Source of the DNA: Octopus bimaculoides
Lineage: Eukaryota
Assembly: GCF_001194135.2 (NCBI RefSeq)
Contig: NC_068989.1
Span: forward strand, 49,162,940 to 49,226,939
Direction of reading: 5' to 3'
DNA: 64,000 nucleotides
The translations under genes were made by a program, and so were the position numbers. The notes under the pieces were generated by a model. It ran no database searches, had not been told where the DNA came from, and was given only the letters and a program-made list of their open reading frames with translations. Of the stretch, positions 27,609 through 40,381 are shown piece by piece; position 1 is the stretch's first letter; the number at the start of each line of letters is the position of its first letter.

Positions 27609-27671
27609 CATAAGAACATTGATTATTATTTACAACAGAGGTTATAGCACAAAAAAAATTTGATTGCAAAT
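27609..27671 (-). CDS. weak candidate exon (63 nt, phase 1/1): LQSNFFCAITSVVNNNQCSY
   Basis: donor ATG|gtaaga, weak acceptor gtctgtctag|A, open frame. Confidence 0.2.
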
Positions 27672-27887
27672 CTAGACAGACCCTCAGTATATCACAGATT
27701 ATCTGAGACATGTTTGGTAAAGTTTGGTAGACTAAGGCAGCAAGATGGGTCTAGAGGCCGAAACCCTAATACTTTATTGAGCAAACCACTGCAGTTCATC
27801 CATACACAATGGATAACTAACTTATTGTTATTTTAATTAATTTCTTTTAAAAACAATTCAAAAGCTTAAACAGGATGTGTGTGTGTG

Positions 27888-27938
<51 letters not shown>

Positions 27939-28074
27939 AAAATCTTACAATTTAGATATCAAACTACCATATCACCTACTGATACCTCCAAACACTCATG
28001 ATACAGACTTAACTTAGTTGTTCCCCAATAAACATGATGTGATATATATTGGATGATATGCTGTCACTGGATTC

Positions 28075-28120
28075 CTGTCACTGAAGAAGAGCAGCATTCT
28101 GAAATCACATGGTCTGACAG
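28075..28120 (+). ncRNA. type I hammerhead ribozyme motif, catalytic core intact
   Basis: CTGTCA-CTGAAGA-AGAG-cagca-TTCT-GAA-ATC-acat-GGT-C-TGACAG: 6-bp perfect stem I, 4-bp stem II, 3-bp stem III, GUC cleavage triplet (C at 28114). Confidence 0.7.
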
Positions 28121-28459
28121 TTCTGATTTCTGTGCTGATACCTGTGTTGAATGAGTTTTGTCTGCTACAATATATATCTGATTTTATATACCATGGATCC
28201 ATATGAGAGAGTCCCCTCAAGGTAAGTGCTGCAGCAATCAACATTCTGACAATACATCTGGTTACAATACTAAGCTGGTTGTAAAGATTACCTCTTGGTA
28301 TTAATACTGTTTCTGTCAATAATAATTATTTTTTATTTCCGTTAATTTTTTCAAATTTTATCTCACAGTTTTTTTCAAAATTGTTTGTTAATCTTTGTAT
28401 TACACAGAACTGAAAATAACTCACATTGGTTAAATTTGCCAAAGGATAACTTGGCAGAA

Positions 28460-29530
28460 AAGAATGCCAAAGTCATAGTTACTGAAGCTTCGCATGAAGC
28501 CTAATTACAAAAATTAAGAAACCAATAAACATTCAATGAAAAAGTTATAGTTTCATTGGCATGCAGAATCAGAATTTTTTAAGCAAAGGCCAAGGTGGAG
28601 AACAGAAAATAAGAAAAATTCTACTGTCAAATAATAGAGAATTACAGAAAGAATTGTAGGAATTTGTGCAACATATTCAATGAATTAAATTTGTGATTCA
28701 ATCATGTAAATCAAGCAACATTACAAATGTGGCTTAACTATTGGTATTTGAGATATTTCTATGAAATATTTTGATAATTGAGATAGTTCTATGAAAACAG
28801 CTACATGAAGATTAACTATTTTGTAATCATTAGATGGATGTACAACAGATAAAGATGTTTTTCTTCAATTAGAAACTTTTTAAAAAATGTATTATACTCT
28901 CTGTCAGACATATTTAGGAAGGTTAATGAACTCAATATATCACTGCAAGAGAATAGAACAAACATTTTCATGTTCATATGCAAAACAAACCTATTGAAGA
29001 AGTATGCGGATCAAAATACCAAGTTTGAAACAGTTTCATGTCATGGTTATTTTGTCTGTGAAAATAATTTGATGAAAATAATTTGATTGAGCAGAGCAAA
29101 ATCCAAAATTTAATATGTATAACAGAAATAGTTCTCAAGATATTTTCTAAAAGACATATGCACTTGTAAATTAGATTGGATTCAAACCCATGTCATTGTA
29201 ACAATCGAAAAGATAAAGCATCTCTCTTTGAAGGTAATTCTCCTGAATTTCTATAGTTGCAGTGCAATTCAAGTCTCAAACTTGAATATTCTTTAGGCTA
29301 AACGTGACCAATACTATCAGAATCAGTCATCAATACTATCTGAATTAGCAATGCTGGCTTTTCTACAATTTCCTTCCACATATTTGCACAAATTTGTATT
29401 TTCAACTTTAAAGGAAATAAAGACAATACCTTACGGGTATTTAAATCACAGAAATTCCCATTACAGTGAATTATTACACCACAGATCAATCTATTGTGCT
29501 AAAACAAACAAGTACATTAATCCAATTGAA
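28460..29530 (+). mobile_element. decayed hAT (Buster/Charlie, ZBED8/SCAND3-like) transposase, internally deleted
   Basis: ordered fragments KIRKILLSNN, LYSLSDIFRKVNELNISLQENRTNI (28892-), LDWIQ...HLSL and LSELAMLAFLQFPSTYLHKFVFSTLKEIKT (dimerisation domain); many stops and frameshifts. Confidence 0.8.
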
Positions 29531-32500
29531 GATATTCACATATTTCTTGCTATTAGTAGTTTTGTGTGGTCTGAGTTTTATCTTTATTTTTCTGTTTTTG
29601 TAATATAAAATATACCCATTTTAATAACACTGAAAGGACATTGCAAGAAAGCTTATCTGATAAGAAACAAGAGGGTCATGAAGAAACGAAATTTAAGAAA
29701 CAATTTATTGGGCCATGATTAATTATAAATGGAAGTTGGATGCTAGTCCTTTATAATAACCAGACAACTGAAGATTTATGGACAACATATACACTTCTCT
29801 AAGATCTCTCTCGCCAAAGCTTTAAATGTAGACATTTGAAACACATACAAGGTAATGAAGAAAACTAGATTCCCATTTTGAAACCATCCAACATTTTCAT
29901 TCCATGGTATATAACAGCAATTTAACATCTTAGCAATTTCAAAACATTTTACAATTAAAGTATGAAATTTGAAATTTCTAGTAGTAGAATGGAAGATGAA
30001 ACTGTAAATGACCAAAAAAAAAAAAGAAAAAAGTGGGGTATAGCAGAAGACAGGAATTAAAAGGTCAATATAAAGCAGAAAATAAAAGGCGAAATAAAGA
30101 ACAAACATATTTTCATCTCTTAATTTAAATAGTTGCATTCTTTCATTTATCAATCAAACATTTTCAGCAATTATGCAAAGTGTTTTCCACAAAAGCTATT
30201 AGGAATTAAATAGAATTTACTTAAGATAGAGAAGCAAAAGCTGTAGGTATGTAAGGTGTGTGTATGGGGGTGGGGTGTAAAATAAAAATAAAAGTTATAT
30301 AAACAAATTCAGAAATATTTTACTGGATTCTAAATTTTAAAAAAATCACCAAATGAAATGGTGAGATAAGGTTTAAAGAGGGGATTGGGGTATTAATAAC
30401 TCCACTCCTCACCAACACATATCATTATAGAAAAATCATTTGCAGAATTTAGTCTGAAAACATTTACAAAGATCTGGCCCCATTTTCATTCCAATCTACT
30501 GGCTTTTAGCAGGATCCTATTACTGGTTCCTTTGTTTCCCCTCGTTTGTCGAGCTTTATGAAACTCAACCAAAAAGATAACCCAAGCCATTTTAATTTTC
30601 TTCTTATCTCAAACCTCATTTCCTAGAAATTTCAGATAAAAGTTAAAAAGTTACACACACACAAAAAAAAGGAAAATGTTATTTCCTTTGCTTTGTTTTG
30701 TTGTTCATATTCATTTCTTATTGTCTTTCTTCTTTAATGAAGTTACATTATGCCTTAATTGGTATGGCAGTATAAGTGATTACCTGGTGAAACTAGGAAG
30801 TTGGAAGGAAGACAGGAAGAATTTTCCAATAAACAAACATGCACACACACTCAGATACATGAGCAAGTAAAATTTATGTACACACACATACACGCACACA
30901 GACACACACACACATAAACTGCAAAAAAAATGAGGGATGTGCATACACATAAGAAATAGTCGTGTGAAACCATGAGAAACATATTGGTACAGACACACAT
31001 ATATACATGCACACAATCTAAATACATACACGTATTTATAATAGAGATATAAAAATAAAAGAGATACATATATACAGCAGCAATGATGACACACATGTGG
31101 TACCCCCACATCAATGGATTCAAACAAATACATGCTTCAGCACACAAATAGATAAGACCTGGTCAGGAAGATAAATTTGAAGTAGAGAAGGGTGCAGAAA
31201 ATGCATAAAGACCAAATATATTTGGAAATGAAAGAAGGTGGGTGTAAATAGAAATAAATAAATGAATAAATAAATATATATATGGTAAAATTGTAAGCTG
31301 AAAAAAGCACAGGTTAAAGACAGCTAAGAAGATAAAGAGTTAACGAAGAAAAAGATTTTCTTTAAATGCTCCTATTAAGAGAATAACAGATAAGGAATTT
31401 TTCCTTCTCTTAAAAGTAAACAATCTTTTAACATAAACAGTTACACATTCTATACACAACAAATTTATAATGATGTCTTTCAGTTTTCCATAAAAAGTAA
31501 ATGAAGAGCACTTGCATGTGTATGTGCATTATATGAATGTCTTTAATGTAGACAATAAACTAAATTGATCCTACGTTGTGGTGAATCTTCTGTTTAGTTT
31601 TCACGTATTTGTTTGATACAATATAAATATTTTAGATGGCTTAGTATTTACGTGGATCACATTATTTTGATGCTGCACATCATGATGATCTCGACATTAA
31701 TACGTAGCAAGTAGAAACCTGTCTGATGTAACTTAGTTAAAGATATTGATGAGTGATGCTACATGATCATGTTTGAGAAACTCTGTCTGCATATCATATT
31801 AAGAAGCAACAGAGGGGATTATCATAAAACAGTATTCTCTACAAACTGACAGCCCATCTATAGCTTGCATATTTGATGTTGCTTCAGCTGCACTAACAGA
31901 ATGGTGGGATCAGTGAGGGAGTCACACAATCAAATAAACCTTATACTATCTTACAAAAAAAAGATACACTACATCTGGAGGAAAGATCTGATACATGGCT
32001 GACTTGGGGTACTCTTTAATAATAGTAGAAAGAGTAGATAGAAGTGTTTTGAACAGGCAACTTGAAAGTGGTAGGAAACAAACACAGTAACAAAGTTTTT
32101 GCAAATGTTTACACTATTGTTGTTAAGAAAAAAAGTTTAATAACAAAACAAACTGTGGCCTAGTCAAAAACTCCAATATTTATAACAATTTTCTTAGCAA
32201 CAACAATACCTGTTGCTGACTAAGTGGATGGATATGATTTAAAATATCAGCTTTCGGTTCATGAATTTAAATGCATTTACAATATTCCAGTGTTTTCTGT
32301 GGACACTACACTTTGCTCAATACATTTCAATTTACACAGCTATTACAAGCCTGAATTTCTAAGAATAGTATCTCCTAACAAAATTGACTGCTAGAAGTTG
32401 GATAAATTGAAACACTCATAATGAAGTCTACTGAATGGAGAAAAAAGATAATGTGAGCAGTGAATTTGAATTCCTAAACCCAAATTCTTGGTTAGTTCTC

Positions 32501-33933
32501 TGATAATTACCACAGCATAAATTGGATGTCCTTAAGTTAAAGAAATAATGAAATTTATTAAGAAAACAAAGTATGTAGTAATTGATCACCCATTTGTTAT
32601 GCTTGTTGCTGCTGTAGAGTTGTGTTTGTTGAGACTACCTCTATTTTTGCTGCTGCTGCTACTACTGTTGACATGAATGTAACTGACTGTCATATCTAGT
32701 ATTTTTCATGTGTATGTTCTACATCCATGTAAGTTTTTGTTGTTACTACTGCTTAGCTTCTGTCAGCCTGGTTTGAACAGATCAGCAGCCAGATCCATCA
32801 CTTCATATATACAATCTTATGTCTAGTTAAAGTCTACTAGATACTCCAATGTGCAGTAGTTCATAGTATGAAGCATAGACTAATTAAGTTAGATCTACTA
32901 CTCACTCTTCTCCTGTATTTCAGTAAATCCTGATATCCAGATCAGAAGTGGATAAAGATGAACTAAATTAATATACAGCAATTCCTTCTCTTCTGTAATT
33001 ACTTCTGCAGATGCGTATCCCACCAACAGTTGTTATTTAGACTGCCATCACCTCTGATCAAGCAAATCTATGATTAAAAAGCATTCTAGAAATGACCATC
33101 TCATTTATTTATTTATTCATTTATTTTTTGTCCCCAATTATAGAGCATTTAAAATTACATTATCCAACATGTTCTCTTTTTGAAAGAAAGATTTGGCAGT
33201 TGTTTCTTGCAGAATGAATGGCCATGCACAAGCTCTAAGGTAAGCTCTGAGGTGGTGGTTGTAGCAGTGTTCCGAAAGTGTTAGGACTGTCTGGTTCTTC
33301 AGAGACAGATGCAATGTAAGAAACTGTTATTGTTGGAACTTGTAGCAGCAACAAACTGTCTTTACCATTTAAATTGCAATTATTATTTGGTTTTATTGTA
33401 TAGGCTGTTTATGGATGAAGTTTGTTTGTTGTCTGTGGTTAGGGAAACTATTTTATTCATTCATACATTTATACCACTATTTATATGCTGGCAGGGCCTG
33501 CTTATTTTTAAGTAAAGTTAGCACTGTATACATCTTGAAAGTGCAAAGCTACAAGTTGATTTGAAAACAACCATTGCTCAGCAATTTTTCATGCAAATGA
33601 AGAATAAAAACATCCAGAGACCCTACCCACACACATACACACACAGTCTTTAGCACAGTTCCCATCTACCATATACTCTCACTAAGCTTTGATCAGCTCA
33701 AGTTCTCTGCAATTGCTTTTGGTGCAACTGATAGCCCAAACAGAACTGGCATAAGACATAGTAGCACTAATAAATAGATTGCACACTGGAGTTAATATCT
33801 CTCATTTTATCTATTTTCAAAATGTGGCATTTTCAGGTTCTCTTAATTTTCTCTATGCCTTCTATGTATTATGTGAGTATTGTAGAGATGTTGTAGGTGA
33901 TCCCTAGTCTTGTGCAGGCAGGGTGTGCATGGG

Positions 33934-33970
<37 letters not shown>

Positions 33971-33972
<2 letters not shown>

Positions 33973-34297
33973 CTGACACTCCATTGGATATGATGATAAG
34001 AGTTCCAGTTGATCTGATCAATGGAACAGTCTGCTTGTAAAATTAACATGCAAGTGGCTGAGGACTCCACAAACACATGTACCCTTAATATAGTTCTCAG
34101 GGAGATTCAGCATGGCACAGAGTGTGATAAGGCTAGCCCTTTGAAATACAAGTACTACTCATTTTTGCCAGCTGAGTGGAACGGAGCAATATGAAATAAA
34201 GTGTCTTGCTCAAGGACACAATGTGTCGATGAGAAGTGAACGCACAACCTTATGATTGTAAGCCGAACGTCCTAACCACTAAGCCATGCACCTTCAC
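33971..34297 (-). mobile_element. tRNA-head SINE (family C/F)
   Basis: gttccagttgatctgatcaatggaacag...cctaaccactaagccatgcaccttcac (reverse complement of a tRNA-like head). Confidence 0.8.
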
Positions 34298-34299
34298 AT

Positions 34300-34330
<31 letters not shown>

Positions 34331-34540
34331 CATAGAAATAATATATTTCTAAATCTCTGAGAGATTTATGCAGTAGCAGCACGATAAAGTGATGGTATGT
34401 TGTCAACTTAATGTTACAGTCCCATGAAAGGGAAGAATGCTACTGCTATTTAGCCCTAGGAAAGACCGTTTCCTCTTGGCCATGACACATTTTCTGTGTC
34501 CTCATGTTTTCAAAGGGGAGATAAGCACCTCCACCCAGCA

Positions 34541-34604
34541 AAGCCAGCATCCGGAGACTAGTTTCAGAGTCATTGCTCATCATCAGTCTGGACTAGCATG
34601 GCTT
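34541..34604 (-). ncRNA. type I hammerhead ribozyme motif with extended stem I
   Basis: minus strand AAGCCA-tgctag-TCCAGA-CTGATGA-t-GAG-caatga-CTC-t-GAA-ACTAGT-C-TCCGGA-tgc-TGGCTT; core intact, palindromic stem III, one mismatch in proximal stem I. Confidence 0.65.
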
Positions 34605-34641
34605 GCTAGCTGTAGATGCCTATATATACATATATATATAA

Positions 34642-35222
34642 AATATTTTATAATTATATACATAATTATAACAAGGGGTCGGCTTTATGCCTCACCATGC
34701 ACTGTAACAAATAGACGCTAAAGTCCTTTTTACTACCTTAAAATCTCCGAGAATAGCACACTTTATAACACACTGATTTTACCCTTTATTATTAAAATAA
34801 TATTTTAATAAATTCACTCCATCATCGAAACTGCATGTACGGTGGTCAAGATCTTAGCATACATGTGGATATAAAAGAAAGATATGAATTATATTCGGCA
34901 GTATATTTTTACGAGTGTGGAAAGATATTGGACATACGATGATGCTGATCGCGTCCATATTTTGAAATACTTGTGAACTTATACGAAATACGAACTTAAG
35001 AGAAACAGCAAGTAAAATTATTTTTTACTTTAAGTTCGAAATGCATCCATAGTTAATCAGAATTATTGATTCATTATTTTTCTTTTACTTGCCTTCAATA
35101 AAGTGTGTTATTCTTGAAGATTTTAAGGTAGTCAAAAGGACTTTAGCATCTATTTCTTACAGTGTATGGTGAGGCATAAAGCCAACCCCTTGTTATAATT
35201 ATGTATATAATTATAAAATATT
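34642..35222. mobile_element. long-TIR non-autonomous element (~125-bp arms)
   Basis: arms 34642-34766 and 35098-35222 are reverse complements with about 8 mismatches by eye; no coding capacity; no TSD resolved. Confidence 0.8.
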
Positions 35223-35946
35223 ATGTAAAATTTACCTATAAGGTTTTTATTTCCACACTGGCTACCTGGTATAATTATTATTGATTTTACCCTATCATTT
35301 AATTGTTTAATCCACTGACACAGGTCTGCTTCCTAAGAACAAGCCTATGCACAAAGACATTCCAGACATGACCATCTTGTGCATTTTTTTTTTTTTTCGT
35401 CAAGCATAGTATAACTCAGACTATATTACCTAATGCATCTTTTTTCTTAAAATGGTAAGGTGACACTTGAGTCAGATATAGCTGCTATTTCTAGCAGATA
35501 AAATAAAGACAGATGCCCCTTCAATGATACCAGAATTTAGGACGAGTATCGGTGATTAATTGCATTTCCTGCTATTTCTTGTTATTTTGATGCTGTTCAT
35601 AAGAAGAGGGATAAGTGGATCATGGTTGCTACTTTTGCAATGTATCTGAAACCAGATTTCTAGTAGGGACTGCTTTCATATATGTCACAGATGGTGTTGT
35701 TGAGGGTATTTTAGTAGCTATATCACATTCTTTTTGTTTGTTTCTTGTTTATTTTTTTTTCTTTTGAAGGCCAAGGAGTTACCATAATATCCAATCAAAT
35801 ATTTCATAATAAACTTAAAAAAAACAAAACAAAGAAATAGGTATCAATTTTTTTTTTGTTATGAACGTTGCCACTCAATAGACAACAACTTTCCACTGAA
35901 CTCCCCACACAATCACTTCTATATAATTAATTATAACTATACTTAC

Positions 35947-36036
35947 TTTTGCTTTCATGTAACAGCAATTCGGAGAAATGCCAGCCAGTCAGGTTTACAG
36001 TAAAATCCACCAGTGTTAATTTTGGAACGGCTGAAT
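35947..36036 (-). CDS. candidate internal exon (90 nt, phase 1/1), product unknown: (D)SAVPKLTLVDFTVNLTGWHFSELLLHESK
   Basis: strong acceptor tttatctttctttgtttgtcag|A, consensus donor AAA|gtaagt, GC higher than flanks, one fully open frame. Confidence 0.45.
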
Positions 36037-37606
36037 CTGACAAACAAAGAAAGATAAAAAAAACAATAATAATAAAAAATTGAATATCTAAAGATTTTTA
36101 ATTTGTTATAAGATACAATTCTGATTTTGTTATAAAATTACTTGTCTAGTCATTTTATTGCACTAAACTCAATATAGTATTAATTATCTAGTTATTTTAT
36201 TAAAACTTGTTTTATGGATGAAAAAAGAATTTAAATAATTGTATGATAAAATTTGTACTCAAAGTATGATGTGCCATAATTGGATACCATACAGATTTTG
36301 TCTGGCTCACTACCATCAGAAACTATTTCTAATATTTTATTTAAACTATTGATAATACCAAATAGTATGAAACCATTTTTTCTTTAGAGTAAAAGATTTT
36401 CAATATGAAGTCTATTCATGATTCAATGCAAAAGAAGACAGATATAGGGAATATAGAATAAATACAAAAAAAAAATTGGAGTTAATATTGAGAATTTTCT
36501 TTAAAATATATCTGAATCTTGATAGACTAAATATATTTATCCTGTAATTTGGCACAAAGGTCCTACTTTTAGAGAAAAAGGAAAATATGAAATAGTGATG
36601 CTCACGTTGATAACAAAGACATAAAGAGCATCAGTACAATGATTGTTACTGAATACTAAAGTGAACTTGCAATCTTCAGATTAACCTTTGCTGCCAGAGT
36701 CATGAGAGAAGAGAGAGAACAAGGACTCAAATCAGGGAGCTTCAGGTCAGTGAAAGTATGCCTAATAAACATGCAATCTTTCCTTAAATACTTTGCATAC
36801 ACAGACATGTGCACAAATGCACACCACATTATCTTCATCATCACTATCATTTTATATCCACTTTCCACGTTGGCATAGGCTACATGGTTCAACAGCATTT
36901 GACAGAATGGAGAACTATATCTTGTTCCAGTGCTTCAGTTTTGGCAAGATTTCTACAGTTAGATGGCTCTTCTAACACCAATTACTTTACAGAGTTTACT
37001 GGATGCATTATTCTTTTGACACTATAACTACTAAAGTCTGCCTTCCTCTCAGTGAACTTAAGGAGTTCTGTCAATATAGTGGGAGACAGAGAGCTCATCA
37101 GATAAATTTGTGAGCAGCACTCTAACACTAAGTATCCTCTAGTTTCAGTTTCAGTTCAAACCCTACTCTAAATATTGCATTGTGTCCATTACACAATGCA
37201 TATTATTTTCTTCAAACTGTCTTGCTGAGAAACTTAGGTAGCATTATTAAAAGCATCCAACAGCAGGTAAACAATATATATGCAAACATTGAAAACGTGA
37301 GTATTCCTAAGCATGCCTGTTAACAAGTGCAACTCTGTGTGTGTGCCTGCATGCTTGCACATGAGCAACCATTGAAAAAACATATTCATCTCTATAATTC
37401 ATGTGTAGAATTGAAGTTTATAGTACTTCCATGACCTGTTTTTGAAAACCAAAAATTCAACTTTTTAAACTCCAAACTAACAAGCCAATTTTATCCAGGA
37501 TCCAAGAAAAAATCTACTATCACCCAATCATCAACCAGTAATTCCCTAGAACCATGTTCTCTTCACAGAACGTACATATACAGATACCAACAATAATATT
37601 CAACAA

Positions 37607-37641
<35 letters not shown>

Positions 37642-38089
37642 GTTTGGTTAAACAGAAATAGAACTCTACTTATCTCAATGTAACTAAATGTAAAAGGTAG
37701 AATCAATTCCTATGAAGCCACAACCGACATCAACATGGAATAAATATTTTAAAAAATACATGCAAGTATTTTCTTTCTCAAAAATACCCGTCTTTTTCTA
37801 CCACTTAAATATAGAGGCAAAATCTTGCAAAAACAAGTAACGAAATTCATTTTTAAATTGAAAACATGAAAGTATATAACATCAAAACTACGATTCATGG
37901 AATACAACAAAAATTATATGTACGCACGTGCATACATACATATATATATGCATACATATAGTATGCATGTATGAAGTTTTTGAAAGATTGACAATTAAAA
38001 AATAAGTTCTGTGAGTATGAATGCATTCTTTTGACCATACATCTTTATGTGAATGTATGTGTGTATATGCATTTATACACATACTCACA

Positions 38090-38290
38090 CATTGAGAGTG
38101 GAGGTGCATGGCTTCGTGATAATGGTATTGGACTTATGAACATAAAGCTAGGTTTCCAATTCCTGAATGGGCAATGTGTTGTATTCTGAGGGAAAAAAAA
38201 ATTTCACTTCACATTGCTCTGTTTATTCAGCTTGGGAAAATGAGTAATCTTGCAATGGAGTGGTATCCTGTATAATGAAACCAGTTCCAT
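38090..38290 (+). mobile_element. tRNA-head SINE 5' part (family F)
   Basis: ggaggtgcatggcttcgtg...ggtttccaattcc...ttcacattgctctgtttattcagc. Confidence 0.55.
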
Positions 38291-38319
38291 GTCAGTTTAA
38301 TATGACATTTTTTCCAAAA

Positions 38320-38371
<52 letters not shown>

Positions 38372-38485
38372 GAAAAGTCCTTTTAGTCTCAAAACTCAAA
38401 AAGGTATATAATAAAACCTTTTCTATACGAAAGACTTGAAGCAACATGTGACTCCTTACTTTTCCATATTCACATATGTTTATAT

Positions 38486-38704
38486 CTTTTACTTGTTTGA
38501 GTCATTAGACTGCGGCTATGCTGGGGCCCCATTTTGAATCTTTAGTTGATCAATCGACCCAGTACTTATTTTTTAATTCTGGTAATTATTCCATAACTTC
38601 TATTGCCGAACTGCTAAGTTAAAGGGACGTAAACATGCCAACACCGGTTTGACAAGTGGTAATGGGGGACAAACACAGATACAGAGACACACACATATAT
38701 ATTT

Positions 38705-38744
<40 letters not shown>

Positions 38745-38886
38745 GATGGGCTTCTTTTTCAGTTTCTGTCCACCAGATCCACTCACAAGGCTCTGTGGTT
38801 GCCCTGAAGCTATAGTAGAAAACACTTGTCCAAAGTACCATGCAGTGGGACTGAACCCAGAACTATGTGGTTGGGAAGTAAGCTTT
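38486..38886 (-). mobile_element. SINE family A
   Basis: reverse complement of family A from tail (cttttacttgttt) to head (tgtggttgggaagtaag). Confidence 0.85.
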
Positions 38887-38999
38887 GCCAAATTCACCTT
38901 AAAAGTATATATACCAATATAATTTCATTTGAACTATGATATAAAAACATTTATTCAGTGAAAATGTATCATTATATATACACACACATACACACAAAT

Positions 39000-39267
39000 N
39001 NNNNNNNNNNNNNNNNNNNNNNNNNNNNNNNNNNNNNNNNNNNNNNNNNNNNNNNNNNNNNNNNNNNNNNNNNNNNNNNNNNNNNNNNNNNNNNNNNNNN
39101 NNNNNNNNNNNNNNNNNNNNNNNNNNNNNNNNNNNNNNNNNNNNNNNNNNNNNNNNNNNNNNNNNNNNNNNNNNNNNNNNNNNNNNNNNNNNNNNNNNNN
39201 NNNNNNNNNNNNNNNNNNNNNNNNNNNNNNNNNNNNNNNNNNNNNNNNNNNNNNNNNNNNNNNNNNN
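39000..39267. other. assembly gap (N run)
   Basis: N run. Confidence 0.99.
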
Positions 39268-39481
39268 AAAATAAATATGTGTGTGTGTGTGTGTGTGAGC
39301 ACGTGTGTCTGAAGTAGAAAGTATTTGTGTATAGATGTAAGCACATACACACACAGTTCAGTTTTAAGACATTGTTATAGCGTTGAATATCAAGTTAAAT
39401 AATAAACACGTAAAATTTAAACTACTTTTATTTTAGCAGGGGAGAAACTTTCTTAAATACACTTTTATCCTATGAAATTAA

Positions 39482-39519
<38 letters not shown>

Positions 39520-39533
39520 GTGTGCGCGCGCGC

Positions 39534-40261
39534 GTAAAATATTAGTTAAAGAATAAAAAGACTGGGTTAACAGCTCAACATATCACACCCCCTGAATGAA
39601 CATACATAAGAAATACAGCATAATCCGTCAAACATAAGGAATAAGAAGAAATAACGCATGAAAAATAATGCAAGAAGAAATAATAAATAAATAAAAATAT
39701 AGCATATAGTATAATATTTTTATACACGAATATATTGTTTCAACCGATAACCTGGAACTGAAAGAAATTGAGTTAAAGGTTTAAAGCAATACACGTGAAT
39801 ATCATTTCATAGAAGTTATAAAAGTTAAAATTAATACGAATAAAAATTAATACGGAAGGAGTAAAAATTTCAAATATATAATATAATAATATAATACAAT
39901 ATAAGTCTACATAGTAAAATAAAATGAAATGAAGAAATGAGGTACCATAAAGTAGTCTATATAACTGTATAGAGATAAAAAATAAATTTAAAAGTAATAA
40001 ATAATAACAAGTGTAATAGTTTACGTTAGGGTGAATTGAAACCTCGTAGATTGGCTTTGATACTGCAGCCTGTTTGGCTATTATACTATATGCTATATTT
40101 TTATTTATTTATTATTTCTTCTTGCGTTATTTTTCATACGTTATTTCTTCTTATTCCTTATGTTTGACAGATTATGCTGTATTTCTTATATATGTTCATT
40201 GAGTGGGTGTGATATGTTGAGTTGTTAACCCAGTCTTTTTATTCTTTAACTAATATTTTAC
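39534..40261. mobile_element. long inverted-repeat (foldback/MITE-like) element, 182-bp arms
   Basis: arms 39534-39715 and 40080-40261 are reverse complements with about 7 differences by eye, mostly C/T; AT-rich 364-bp spacer. Confidence 0.8.
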
Positions 40262-40335
40262 TGTTGTCTCAGTTATTTTGAGCACTTCTCTTTGCAGCCC
40301 TGTATAAAATCTATTGGTTTCCTAATAAGAAACCA

Positions 40336-40381
<46 letters not shown>

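Noticed and set aside
27738-27765. gcaagatgggtctagaggccgaaacc, resembling a Penelope-like hammerhead half
   Set aside because: The CUGANGA core is absent and no stem I/III with a cleavage triplet could be formed convincingly
28150-28227. Consensus plus-strand donor AAG|gtaagt at 28221/28222 after MDPYERVPS
   Set aside because: No convincing acceptor or homology; lies in the hammerhead-bearing island
36680-37109. Plus-strand exon pair 36680-36745 and 37053-37109, phase-compatible (LTFAARVMREEREQGLKSGSFSELKEFCQYSGRQRAHQIN)
   Set aside because: Moderate splice signals, no recognisable product, and phase compatibility has a 1-in-3 chance; kept only as an alternative to the minus-strand model
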